Assembly (NCBI GenBank): GCA_965240325.2
Contig: OZ251230.1
Location: forward strand, 682,001 to 746,000
Length of the DNA: 64,000 nucleotides
DNA from: Rebecca billardiae RCC1528
Lineage: Eukaryota > Protista > Haptophyta
Reading direction: 5' to 3'
The stretch's first letter is position 1, and every line of letters starts with the position of its first letter. This document shows positions 1 through 9,191 of the stretch, piece by piece. The translations under genes and the position numbers were made by a program. The notes beneath the pieces are model-generated. The model saw only the letters and a list, made by a program, of their open reading frames with translations, was not told the DNA's origin and made no database searches.

Positions 1-150
1 GGCGCGCGCGCATGATCGGCGCAAGATGACCGGCGCGCGCGCATGATGATCGGCGCGCGCGCATGATGATCGGCGTGCGCGCGTGATGATCGGCGCGCGC
101 GCATGATGCTCGGCGCATGTTGACCGGCGCGCGCGCATGATGAGCGGCGC
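1..150. repeat. 20-bp minisatellite (CGGCGCGCGCGCATGATGAT)n, about 7 copies, runs off the window
   Basis: Full units start at 31, 51, 71, 91 and 125, with partial or degenerate units around them. Confidence 0.9.
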
Positions 151-543
151 GGACGGTGGCGCGCGGCGCCGCCACCCGCCGCCGCGGCGTCGAAGGCAGC
201 AGCAGCGAACGCCGGCGAGCCGCGCGCGCACAAACTCGGGCTGCGCCAGCGAGGAACGGTGGTTGGGACGGAACCGCGACACGCGCGCGCCGCGGTAGAG
301 CAGATCGACGCCGTCACGCAGCTCCACGGACAGGTCAACGCCGGTGAAGGCATGGATGACGGACGCCAGCGCCACGTAGTTGCGCTGCATGGCGTTGGGC
401 ACGAGACTGTGTGCGAGGTCAGCGCGCAGGCCGGTGCGCGCGACCATCTCGGCGGAGGTGATGGGCGGGCGAGTCATAGCGAGCGGCGCGCCGCGGAACG
501 CGGCGGGCACCGACAGGGGATCTCGTCGCGCGCCCACCGCCTC
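150..543 (-). pseudogene. Truncated 5' part of pol (pre-RT region) of a DIRS/Ngaro-like tyrosine-recombinase retrotransposon
   Basis: Manual translation from ATG 477 gives MTRPPITSAEMVARTGLRADLAHSLVPNAMQRNYVALASVIHAFTGVDLSVELRDGVDLLYRGARVSRFRPNHRSSLAQPEFVRARL. The 'L..G..l.y.G...NH.S...e.V...L' pattern resembles the region just before DIRS/Ngaro RT. Similarity then breaks into the minisatellite. Same frame as gag. Confidence 0.55.
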
Positions 544-2541
544 CTAGACGCGGCCCACGCCCGTGTGCTGCTGCACGTGCGCTGTCTCGGCGTGCGCGCC
601 GGCCAAGTGGCCAAGGCTCCCGCACAGAGCGCACTTGGTGGCGTGCGCGAGCGTGAAGTTGTGCTGCATCTGCGCAGACGGTTGGCCGCCGGCCGACCGG
701 TACGCGGCGAACAGCGGGCACGCCGCCGCGGAGCAGTCGCCGAATAGCTGGTGCCGTAGGCAGCCGTGCGCGCGGAAGACGCGGTGGTTGGCCTCCGAGA
801 GCAGGGGCCGCCCGCTCGCGTCGCACACACCCCCGTACCGCGCCAGCTCGCGCGCCAGCGTCAGCGGCGGCACGCCCCCCGCAGAGGCGGCGCCCGGGAA
901 CGGTTGCGGCAGCGTCCGCGGCGGCCCGCCTGGCGGCGGGGGCGGCGGGCCGGGAGGCGGCGCCTGCGGCCCCGGCGGGTACGGCGCCGGTGTGTACGGC
1001 GCCGGCCCGGGCGCCCAGGCCGAACCCGCCGGCGGCACGTACGTGAGCGCGAGCGGCGCGGGCCCGGGCTGCGCCCCCTGTACCGGCGGCGCCGGCGGGG
1101 CCGGCGCTGCCGCCTGCAGCCCCTGCGGGTACGGCGCCGGCGGGCACAGCGCCGGGCGGGGCGCCCAGGACGATCCTGCCGGGGGTGCGCACGTGAACGA
1201 GAGCGGCACGGGCCCGTGCGGCGCCACCTGCATCGGCGCCGACCACGACCAGCAGCCCCACTCCGCTGCGCCGGGCGCCGCCCCGCCAAAGCCGGGCGAC
1301 AGGTCCTGCACCATCAGCGACGGCGGCGGCGGCGGAATCGGCATGCTCCCACCGTAGACGCGCATCAGCGGGCGCATGGCAAACTTGTCATGGAAGGGGT
1401 TGTCGTTCTTGTAGCAGTCGAAGAACGGCTCCCGCCCGCCACCGATGCTCGCCACCAGCGCCGCCACGCCCGAGCGCGCGTCGAGCACCCGCCCGAGGCT
1501 CTCCGAGAATTCAGAGTGGAACTGTGCCGCCGCCCGCCAGTCGCGCGCCTCAGCGAGCTGCATCACGAAGCCCCTGTACTCGCGCAGCACCTCGGCGTCA
1601 CCCGCGCGCGTGCAGAAGCCCTCGGCCTGCTCGACGAGCAGTATGAAGTGGAGCTGGCTGAGGAGCTGGTAGGCCTCGCGCAGCTCGCCCTTCGTGTTGA
1701 AGTAGACGCTTCGATCGACCTGCGCGTGCGGCACCTCAGCCATGTTGAAGGACTCCCAGACGACCGAACCCGCCGCGTTCGCCGGCACGCCCAAGCCGCG
1801 CCGCATGGACGAAAACGCCCCGCGAGCCGGGAAGCTCGGCCTCCCCCCCCCGGTCCCACGGAGTTGGCCGCCCGCGCCGCCCGCGAGCGCGCAAGCGTTC
1901 GCGAACTCGTGCGCGGCCCCCGCAAGGAAGCCAGCCCCACCGAAGGGGACGGGATGCGGCACGAGCGAGCTGGGCGGGGCGAGGGGCGCCGCCGCGTCCG
2001 GCGCCGGCCGGACGCCCCAGGGCGGCGGCCGCGGCGGCGGGACAGAGGTGGGCCCCGTCGGTGCGCCGTCGGCGGGCGGCGCGCCCGAGTGGCCACCGAC
2101 CGCCCCATCACCCGCACCGTTGCCGTGGACGCCGCGAAGGAAGTCAGTGAGGCTGTTCGCGAGGTCGGGTGGTAGGCCAGTCGGAATGCCCGGCTGGCCA
2201 GCGGGCGCGGCCGGGGGGGCGGGTGCCTGCGGCTGCGCAGCAGCCGCCGTCGTCGCGGCGCCGGCCGCTCGCCCGGGCGCGGGCGCGGGAGCAGCCCCCG
2301 CCGGCGTCCTGGCACCGGCCGCCGGCGCGGTCGCGGGCGGCGGCTGGACCGGCAGCGGGCCGAGCTGCTGCACCGGCGCGGCAGGCGGCAGGGTACTTGC
2401 TTGGCGGCCACCCGCGCGCCCACCCCGGCCCCGACCGCGGCCCCCGCCGCCGCGCCCACGAGCGCCGAGGACCTGCTGGTTGACGACGGCCGCTGCCGCC
2501 GCGCGGCGCCGCGACACGCGTTGGACTGCAGGCACCGCCAT
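544..2541 (-). mobile_element. Gag-like ORF of a DIRS/Ngaro-like retrotransposon
   Basis: Intronless Pro/Ala-rich ORF. EYRGFVMQLAEARDWRAAAQFHSEF resembles the DIRS gag 'Y..i..LA...W.....yd..F' helix. C-terminal zinc-knuckle-like CALCGSLGHLAGAH (C-x2-C-x4-H-x4-H). First ATG at 2541; the ORF is open to 2739. Confidence 0.6.
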
Positions 2542-3180
2542 GTCGGGACGGCGGGAGGCGGAGGAGCGCAGCTGGTTGTCCGTGCGGCTGCTCGGCGCCA
2601 AGCGTGGCCCGTCGGCTGGGTTTGGTAGTCGGGCGGCGGTCCGGTCGGCGGTCGGGCAGGGCGAGGTGCGCCGTGCGGTCGGGCGGGAAAGCGGACGGCT
2701 GCTGGGCGAAACTCGCTCCTGTTCGCCAAAGCCGGTCACTGCCCGTCAACTCCCGGCGCGCGCTCACTTTTCTGCGGTCCGCGCCAAAAGCGAGCTGCCA
2801 CACGCTCGGAACGCTGTCCGGGGGCGCGCTGCGAGCTCCGAGCTCCGAGCCCGTCCGGGCGGGGGTGCGGTCGGAGGGGCGCTGGAGGAGGGTATCGGGC
2901 GGCGGCGAAGCGGCGCCGGCAGTCATAACGCGATAACCGCCGCAGACTGCCAAACCCGCCACTCCCGTCGCGTCGGCCATCGCCCCATGTGTCGTCGATC
3001 GAGGCATGACGGGATAAGGCGGCACGATGTGGTAGCAGCAAACGCCCATGGCCAAGTGCCTACAGTAAACTTATAAGTTGGACGTGAAGGTCAGCACCCT
3101 ACCTTGCGCATGTGCATGCTGTCGTCCATGCCCGTCCTGGTGGCTGCTCACAGCGTCTGCTGGCCTCGCCACCAGCGTCC

Positions 3181-4962
3181 AGCGCCGGCGGCGGCGGGTG
3201 CAAGCATATTGATTTGACGGGCGGGCGGAAGGGCTGCTGGCGGCCCTTCTGCAAGCGCCAGCTGCGGGCCGACGGCGTATTTGTCGCCGGGCTCGAGAGG
3301 GGCTGCCAGCGGGCCTTGCCGCACGACTCCACGAGCGCCGCCAGCGGCGGGTGCAAGCATATTGATTTGACGGGGCGGGAGGGCCGCTGGCGGCCTTTCT
3401 GAATTCTGCAAGCGCCAGCTACGGGCGGGCGGCGTATTAGTGTCGCCAGGCGCGAGAGGGGCTGCCAGCGGGCCTCGCCACGAGCGCCGCCAGCGGCGGG
3501 TGCAAGCATATTGATTTGACGGGGCGGGAGGGCCGCTGGCGGCCTTTCTGCAAGCGCCAGCTACGCGGGCGGGCGGCGTATGTGTCGCCGGGCTCGAGCG
3601 AGAGGGGCTGCCAGCGGGCCTCGCCACGAGCGCCGCCAGCGGCGGGTGCAAGCATATTGATTTGACGGGGCGGGAGGGCCGCTGGCGGCCCTTCTGCAAG
3701 CGCCAGCTGCAGGCGGGCGGCGTATTTGTCGCCAGGCGCGAGAGGGGCTGCCAGCGGGCCTTGCCACGAGCGCCGCCAGCGGCGGGTGCAAGCATATTGA
3801 TTTGACGGGGCGGGAGGGCCGCTGGCGGCCCTTCTGCAAGCGCCACTTACGTTACGGGCGGGCGGCGTATTATTTTGTCGCCAGGCGCGAGAGGGGCTGC
3901 CAGCGGGCCTTGCCACGAGCACCTGCCAGCGGCGGGTGCAAGCATATTGATTTGACGGGGCGGGAGGGCCGCTGGCGGCCCTAGTCTGCAAGCGCCAGCT
4001 ACGGGCGGGCGGCGTATTTGTCGCCAGGCGCGAGAGGGGCTGCCAGCGGGCCTTGCCACGAGCGCCGCCAGCGGCGGGTGCAAGCATATTGATTTGACGG
4101 GGCGGGAAGGCCGCTGGCGGCCCTTCTGCAAGCGCCAGCTACGGGCGGGCGGCGTATTTGTCGCCAGGCGCGAGAGGGGCTGCCAGCGGGCCTTGCCACG
4201 AGCGCCGCCAGCGGCGGGTGCAAGCATATTGATTTGACGGGGCGGGAAGGCCGCTGGCGGCCCTTCTGCAAGCGCCAGCTGCGGGCGGGCGGCGTATTTG
4301 TCGCCAGGCGCGAGAGGGGCTGCCAGCGGGCCTTGCTACGAGCGCCGCCAGCGGCGGGTGCAAGCATATTGATTTGACGGGGCGGGAGGGCCGCTGGCGG
4401 CCCTTCTGCAAGCGCCAGCTACGGGCGGGCGGCGTATTTGTCGCCAGGCGCGAGAGGGGCTGCCAGCGGGCCTTGCTACGAGCGCCGCCAGCGGCGCGGG
4501 TGCAAGCATATTGATTTGACGGGGCGGGAGGGCCGCTGGCGGCCCTTCTGCAAGCGCCAGCTGCGGGCGGGCGGCGTATTTGTCGCCAGGCGCGAGAGGG
4601 GCTGCCAGCGGGCCTTGCCACGAGCGCCGCCAGCGGCGGGTGCAAGCATATTGATTTGACGGGGCGGGAGGGCCGCTGGCGGCCCTTCTGCAAGCGCCAG
4701 CTACGGGCGGGCGGCGTATTTGTCGCCAGGCGCGAGAGGGGCTGCCAGCGGGCCTTGCCACGAGCGCCGCCAGCGGCGGGTGCAAGCATATTGATTTGAC
4801 GGGGCGGGAAGGCCGCTGGCGGCCCTTCTGCAAGCGCCAGCTACGGGCGGGCGGCGTATTTGTCGCCAGGCGCGAGAGGGGCTGCCAGCGGGCCTTGCTA
4901 CGAGCGCCGCCAGCGGCGGGTGCAAGCAGTATTGATAGGGCGGGGCGGGAGGGCTGCTGGCG
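3181..4962. repeat. 140-bp tandem satellite, about 13 copies
   Basis: Anchor TGCAAGCA(T/G)ATTGAT at 3199, 3352, 3501, 3647, 3787, 3937, 4079, 4219, 4359, 4501, 4641, 4781 and 4921. Confidence 0.97.
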
Positions 4963-5109
4963 GACCAAGTTTGTTCCCGGGAAGCAGCCGCCAGCAGCCC
5001 TTTCTGGTGTAGACCCTTCTGCGCAGCAGCGTTCCCGCGCGAAGACTGCCCGGAGTGACCGAAATCGGAGGAGACCGACCGAAATCCGCCGGCCGATCGT
5101 AGTGGGGCA

Positions 5110-7206
5110 ATGGTCGACGGTGGCGCTGCCATCACCAATGCGCTGGCGTGCACGCACATCGCATCGCCGTTCAGCGGTGGTTGGTGGACTGCGCCATGGC
5201 TCGCATGGGCTCTGGTAGCCCTGGGCGCAGCTGTGTGCGTCGTGCTCGTCGCGCTCTTTTTTGTCCACGGCGTGTCGCTGCGCGTGCGCGGCGCAGCGCT
5301 CAGCCTGACGCTCTGCTGCACGCTCACCGTGCTCGCCATCGTCCTGATCGTCCCACGCGCGTCCAACCCCGGGCGAGCGACGCCCACATCCAAAACCCTC
5401 CGCGAGCTCGACGGCTTCAACAACCTGGGCATCGCCTTCTCGGGCGGCTCGCTGTCGGGCGGGCTCGACTGCGTGTGCTTCCTCCACCAGCTGGACAAGC
5501 TGGTCGACGGCAAGCTGAGCAGCTCCAGGTCGACGCGCATCGCGATCTCTAGCGTGTCGGCAGGCGGGCTCGGCTACTTGGCCTGGCGCAACCTGAACAT
5601 TGCCTTCCCCGAGCTCACGCCAAACTGGACGGCGCCCGAGCTGCAGGCATGGCCGCCGGCCGAGAGCATGCCTCCAGGCAGGCGGCCCTTCTCCGCGATC
5701 CCGCTGCTGGTGGCAGCCCTGCCCGAGCTGGTCGAGACGGCGCGCAAGTGCCTGGGTGGCGACGTGGACGCGTGCAACGACATTCTGGGTGAGGCGGACG
5801 ACGAGGACAGGGCCGGTGCCGCCGCGCAGGCGCTTGCGTCCGCCTTTGGCTCGGCGGCAGCCTCTCCAGCCGTCACGGCGCGCGAGGTGGTGAGGACGAT
5901 CAAGGCTCTGCTCGAGTGCCTGGACAACGAGGCCCCGTGGCCGTGCGCCGCGGCCGCCCTCTGCGTCGTCCAGGGCGTGAAGGACCCCAAGACCGCACCG
6001 CCCGGCCCCGTGCGCTGGCTGGTGCAGTTCTCGATTCTGAACGCGTTCTCTGGCCCGTTCGGAGGAGCGGGCGTGCCGCTGCCCCTCGAGGGCTTCGAGT
6101 GGGACGCCGCGCTCGGCACGCTGGACAACGATCCGGAGCGGGACGAGCCGACGCTCTCGAGCACGCCGGCTTTCTTGCCCGAGGGCCGGCGCCTGCACGC
6201 CGGCCTCTCGGGCGTGGCCGAGCGTTGGGTCCTGCCGGCGCTGGACAGCGCGGAGCCGGTCGACCTGTTCAGCGCCCTTGGCTACTCCTCAGACTTCCTC
6301 TCCATGTTCACGCCGTTCGTCGACGCGTCGACCGGGGCGACGTGCCCGTTCCGCATGATCGACGACGTCATCCTCTCCACGATTGGCGAGGAGGCGACTC
6401 CAGAGGAGCAGTGCGAGATGCGCTCCAGGTGGCGGCAGCAGTACACGGCCTCACAGTCGCTGCTCGGCAGTTGGCCGGCGCGGCCTGCGAGGGGCGGGCT
6501 GGCTGCTGACGGCGGCACGCTCGAGGTCCAGGGGCTGGTGTCGCTGCTGCGCGTGAAAGCGCGCAACGTGATCGCCTTCTACGAGCTCGCAGTGCCGTTC
6601 ACGCAGAACCCTCGGCTCGGCCTGCTCTTTGGGCAGCGGGCGGTGCTGCGCGACCTGTGCCACTCCGGGCTGCCGGGTGCGCGCCTGCTGCGCCAAGTCC
6701 TGCCCCGCGGGCGGCGCGAGCGTCGGCGCGCGCGCTGCGGGCGCGAGAGCCGAGCGCCGTGCCCCACGCCCTCGCGATCCGCGTGCCGCGCAGCCATGGG
6801 CCCGGAGCTGCAGCAGGTCTTCGATGCGTCGCTCTGGCCGAGGGTGCGCACGGCGCTCTTCGACCGAGCCGGCCCCAACTCGGTGGTCCTCAAGAACGTG
6901 CGCGTGCGCAGGAACACGTTCTGGGGCGTGGAGGCGTACACGATCCGCACGCTGCTGATCGTGAGCAACGGGCCCAGCGCGCAGTTCAACGCGTACATGG
7001 AGGGCGCCGACGGCGAGCAGCCGGACGCCTCCTCGCCGCCGCCGATCGCGCCGCCTGCCTGGGCCCCATTCTTGCCGCCCACCTTTCCATCCATCTTAGG
7101 CTTTGGGATCACGCCCTTCCAAGCAAACGCCAAGTGCCTGCTCGCGCAGTGGAAGGTGCAGCACCAGGCGGAGCTCATCAAGCGCCTGCTCGAGGGCGTG
7201 CTTTGA
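5110..7206 (+). CDS. Membrane-anchored patatin/cPLA2-like (lyso)phospholipase; in-frame intron 6677-6793
   Basis: Two N-terminal TM segments; GIAFSGG loop; SSVSAGG nucleophile-like motif; LAADGG acid motif. A 117-bp GT..AG intron explains the Arg-rich insert. Confidence 0.7.
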   Translation: MVDGGAAITNALACTHIASPFSGGWWTAPWLAWALVALGAAVCVVLVALFFVHGVSLRVRGAALSLTLCCTLTVLAIVLIVPRASNPGRATPTSKTLRELDGFNNLGIAFSGGSLSGGLDCVCFLHQLDKLVDGKLSSSRSTRIAISSVSAGGLGYLAWRNLNIAFPELTPNWTAPELQAWPPAESMPPGRRPFSAIPLLVAALPELVETARKCLGGDVDACNDILGEADDEDRAGAAAQALASAFGSAAASPAVTAREVVRTIKALLECLDNEAPWPCAAAALCVVQGVKDPKTAPPGPVRWLVQFSILNAFSGPFGGAGVPLPLEGFEWDAALGTLDNDPERDEPTLSSTPAFLPEGRRLHAGLSGVAERWVLPALDSAEPVDLFSALGYSSDFLSMFTPFVDASTGATCPFRMIDDVILSTIGEEATPEEQCEMRSRWRQQYTASQSLLGSWPARPARGGLAADGGTLEVQGLVSLLRVKARNVIAFYELAVPFTQNPRLGLLFGQRAVLRDLCHSGLPGARLLRQVLPRGRRERRRARCGRESRAPCPTPSRSACRAAMGPELQQVFDASLWPRVRTALFDRAGPNSVVLKNVRVRRNTFWGVEAYTIRTLLIVSNGPSAQFNAYMEGADGEQPDASSPPPIAPPAWAPFLPPTFPSILGFGITPFQANAKCLLAQWKVQHQAELIKRLLEGVL

Positions 7207-7401
7207 CGAGCGCAGCCTCATCAGCAGTGCTAAAGCTGGCGCGGCGCTTATCGAGTCGTCGGACAGCAGGCGAGATGATAATTTATGCGCGCTCTACCCT
7301 ACGTCCCTACGTGTCCGGGAGAGTGTCCGGCTGTGACAGGCTGAGGCTGTGACATCGCGGGCGCCTTTATTATTTTTGAGGATGAATAATAATGGCGGAT
7401 G

Positions 7402-7402
<1 letters not shown>

Positions 7403-7432
<30 letters not shown>
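7403..7432. repeat. (TA)n microsatellite
   Basis: Direct reading. Confidence 0.95.
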
Positions 7433-7433
<1 letters not shown>

Positions 7434-7689
7434 GCGCGCGGAAGGATGCCGGACTAGTGACTATACCGCGATATTCTGCGCTGCGCTGTCACATACTACA
7501 GTAGCAGCCGTATACATATATGACCGCGTTCCGCGGTCCTTTTCCGTAGAACGAACGTAGTTCGGGGCCCGCGGTGGCGGTGCACCCTCCGTCGCAGTCG
7601 TCCCGTACACGTGTAACTAGACTCCATCCAGCGGCGCGCCGCCCCAGCGCCGCGCCGCCGCCGGCGTGCGCCGAGTGTGGATGTCGGTC

Positions 7690-8300
7690 GTCGGCCGAGC
7701 TGCCCTCATCACAGACGGCCCTTACCTGACCCCCTGCGCGTGCGCGACGGCCGACAGGCGGATGCGACTCGGCGTGATCGACGCACGAGCGCGACTGTTG
7801 CACGCCAGGCCACCGGCGGAGCTGACTGACAGCCAGGGAGCCGGACGGCGCGGGACCGCGCGGATTCGACCGTTCGTTCGGGCCTGCCGCTGACCGTCGT
7901 CGCCGCGACGCCAGCAGCGCAGGAGTAGATGATCTGCAGGTCAGTAGGGTTCGACCTGCGCGCCTGCGCGACGGCCGACAGGCGGGCGCGAGGCGTGAGC
8001 GACGCATGAGCGCGACTCTACGTGCACACCAGGCACCACGCGGCCGAGCTGACTGACCGCGAGCCAGGGAGCACGGTGCGAGCAGCCATGCAGCACCGGT
8101 GCTTGCGCGCGCCGCGCGTGCACGGGGTGACACACCTCGGTCAGGCTCGGCACGCGTCGCAGAGGCACGGCCAGCTCTGGGCACGCCAGGCGCCCAGGCC
8201 ACGCGGAGCTGACAGCCACGGGGAGCCGACGGCGCGCGGGGCCGCGGCCAGTTCCGAGTTCGACTTGCGCCTGCTCTGAAGAAGAGTTCTGGGAGACCCT
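7690..8300 (-). pseudogene. Degenerate repeats, possibly a decayed cysteine-containing LRR gene
   Basis: GAGCTGAC..AGCCA.GG(G)AGC blocks at 7819, 8046 and 8206 (spacings near multiples of 78 bp). Minus-strand fragments such as APRGCQLR and SLARG. Frameshifted. Confidence 0.3.
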
Positions 8301-9191
8301 GGCGGAGAGGCATGGCAAGGGGGGCGTGTGGTGAAGTCGGAGACTCAGAGATCGATCAGTCCGGCATCATGCGCCGCTGCCCCCGAGCTTGCGAGAGCCC
8401 GAACACAGGGCGGCGGCTGCGGCGGCGGCGGCGCGGCCGCGCGCCGGCCGGCCGCGCAGGCATCGACAGGGCGCGGCAGGGGCGTGCGGAGTGACTAGTG
8501 AGCGGGCACGAACGCGATGTCGACGGCCGTCGGGACCCGCCGCAGACGCGCGCTCCAGGCGCCACTCGGCACTTGCCACGCGCACCTGCCCATCGAGCGC
8601 CCCCTTGGAGGCTTGGACCAAGAGTCGTCGCGGCTCGCTCGCCACCCCGAAGGAACCTGCGCGTCACGTGCTTGCGACGGCGGCAGGTTTTGAGCTCGCC
8701 AGCTCGGTAAGTCAGTGACTATGGAATGGGCTGGCAACGAATAGCTGCGCGGGTATTTTCAATAAGGCTTGCGGGTTTTAGACTCTAGATACCAACCGCC
8801 GCGAAGCCAAGTTCATATTCATCAAGGCGGAGGCAAACTATCACACATGAACGAGAGTCTACCCACAAAATCGCGCTCGTAACGAACCGTTACACTAATG
8901 TCACGTCCAGCTGACGTCCAGATCGCACTTTACTTAAGGGAATCAGCTGGGCGCGGATATTTTCGGCCTAATAGACCTCTCTATGCGATCTCAAAAACTC
9001 GAAACTCGGTCTCCGCCAGCCCTAAAAATCGCCCCCCGTCCCTTTTTTCTTGATCAAAGATCTTTTTGAAACGTGGTTCGGGCCCGCTGGTGCGGGCTCC
9101 ACGCTGCGCGCTCCGCCCTGCACCGCGGGCCATAATATATATATATAGCTACTTATTTGATCAGTAGCATTATTGCGCATGATGATGTAGC

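Noticed and set aside
2144-3055. ORF with DATGVAG resembling an RNase H DAS motif upstream of gag
   Set aside because: A single weak motif in the wrong position relative to gag, with no other catalytic residues identifiable.
3181-4962. CRISPR array, or coding repeats from the many ORFs in the 140-bp array
   Set aside because: There are no unique spacers or cas genes, the context is eukaryotic, and 140 is not a multiple of 3, so the ORFs are artefacts.
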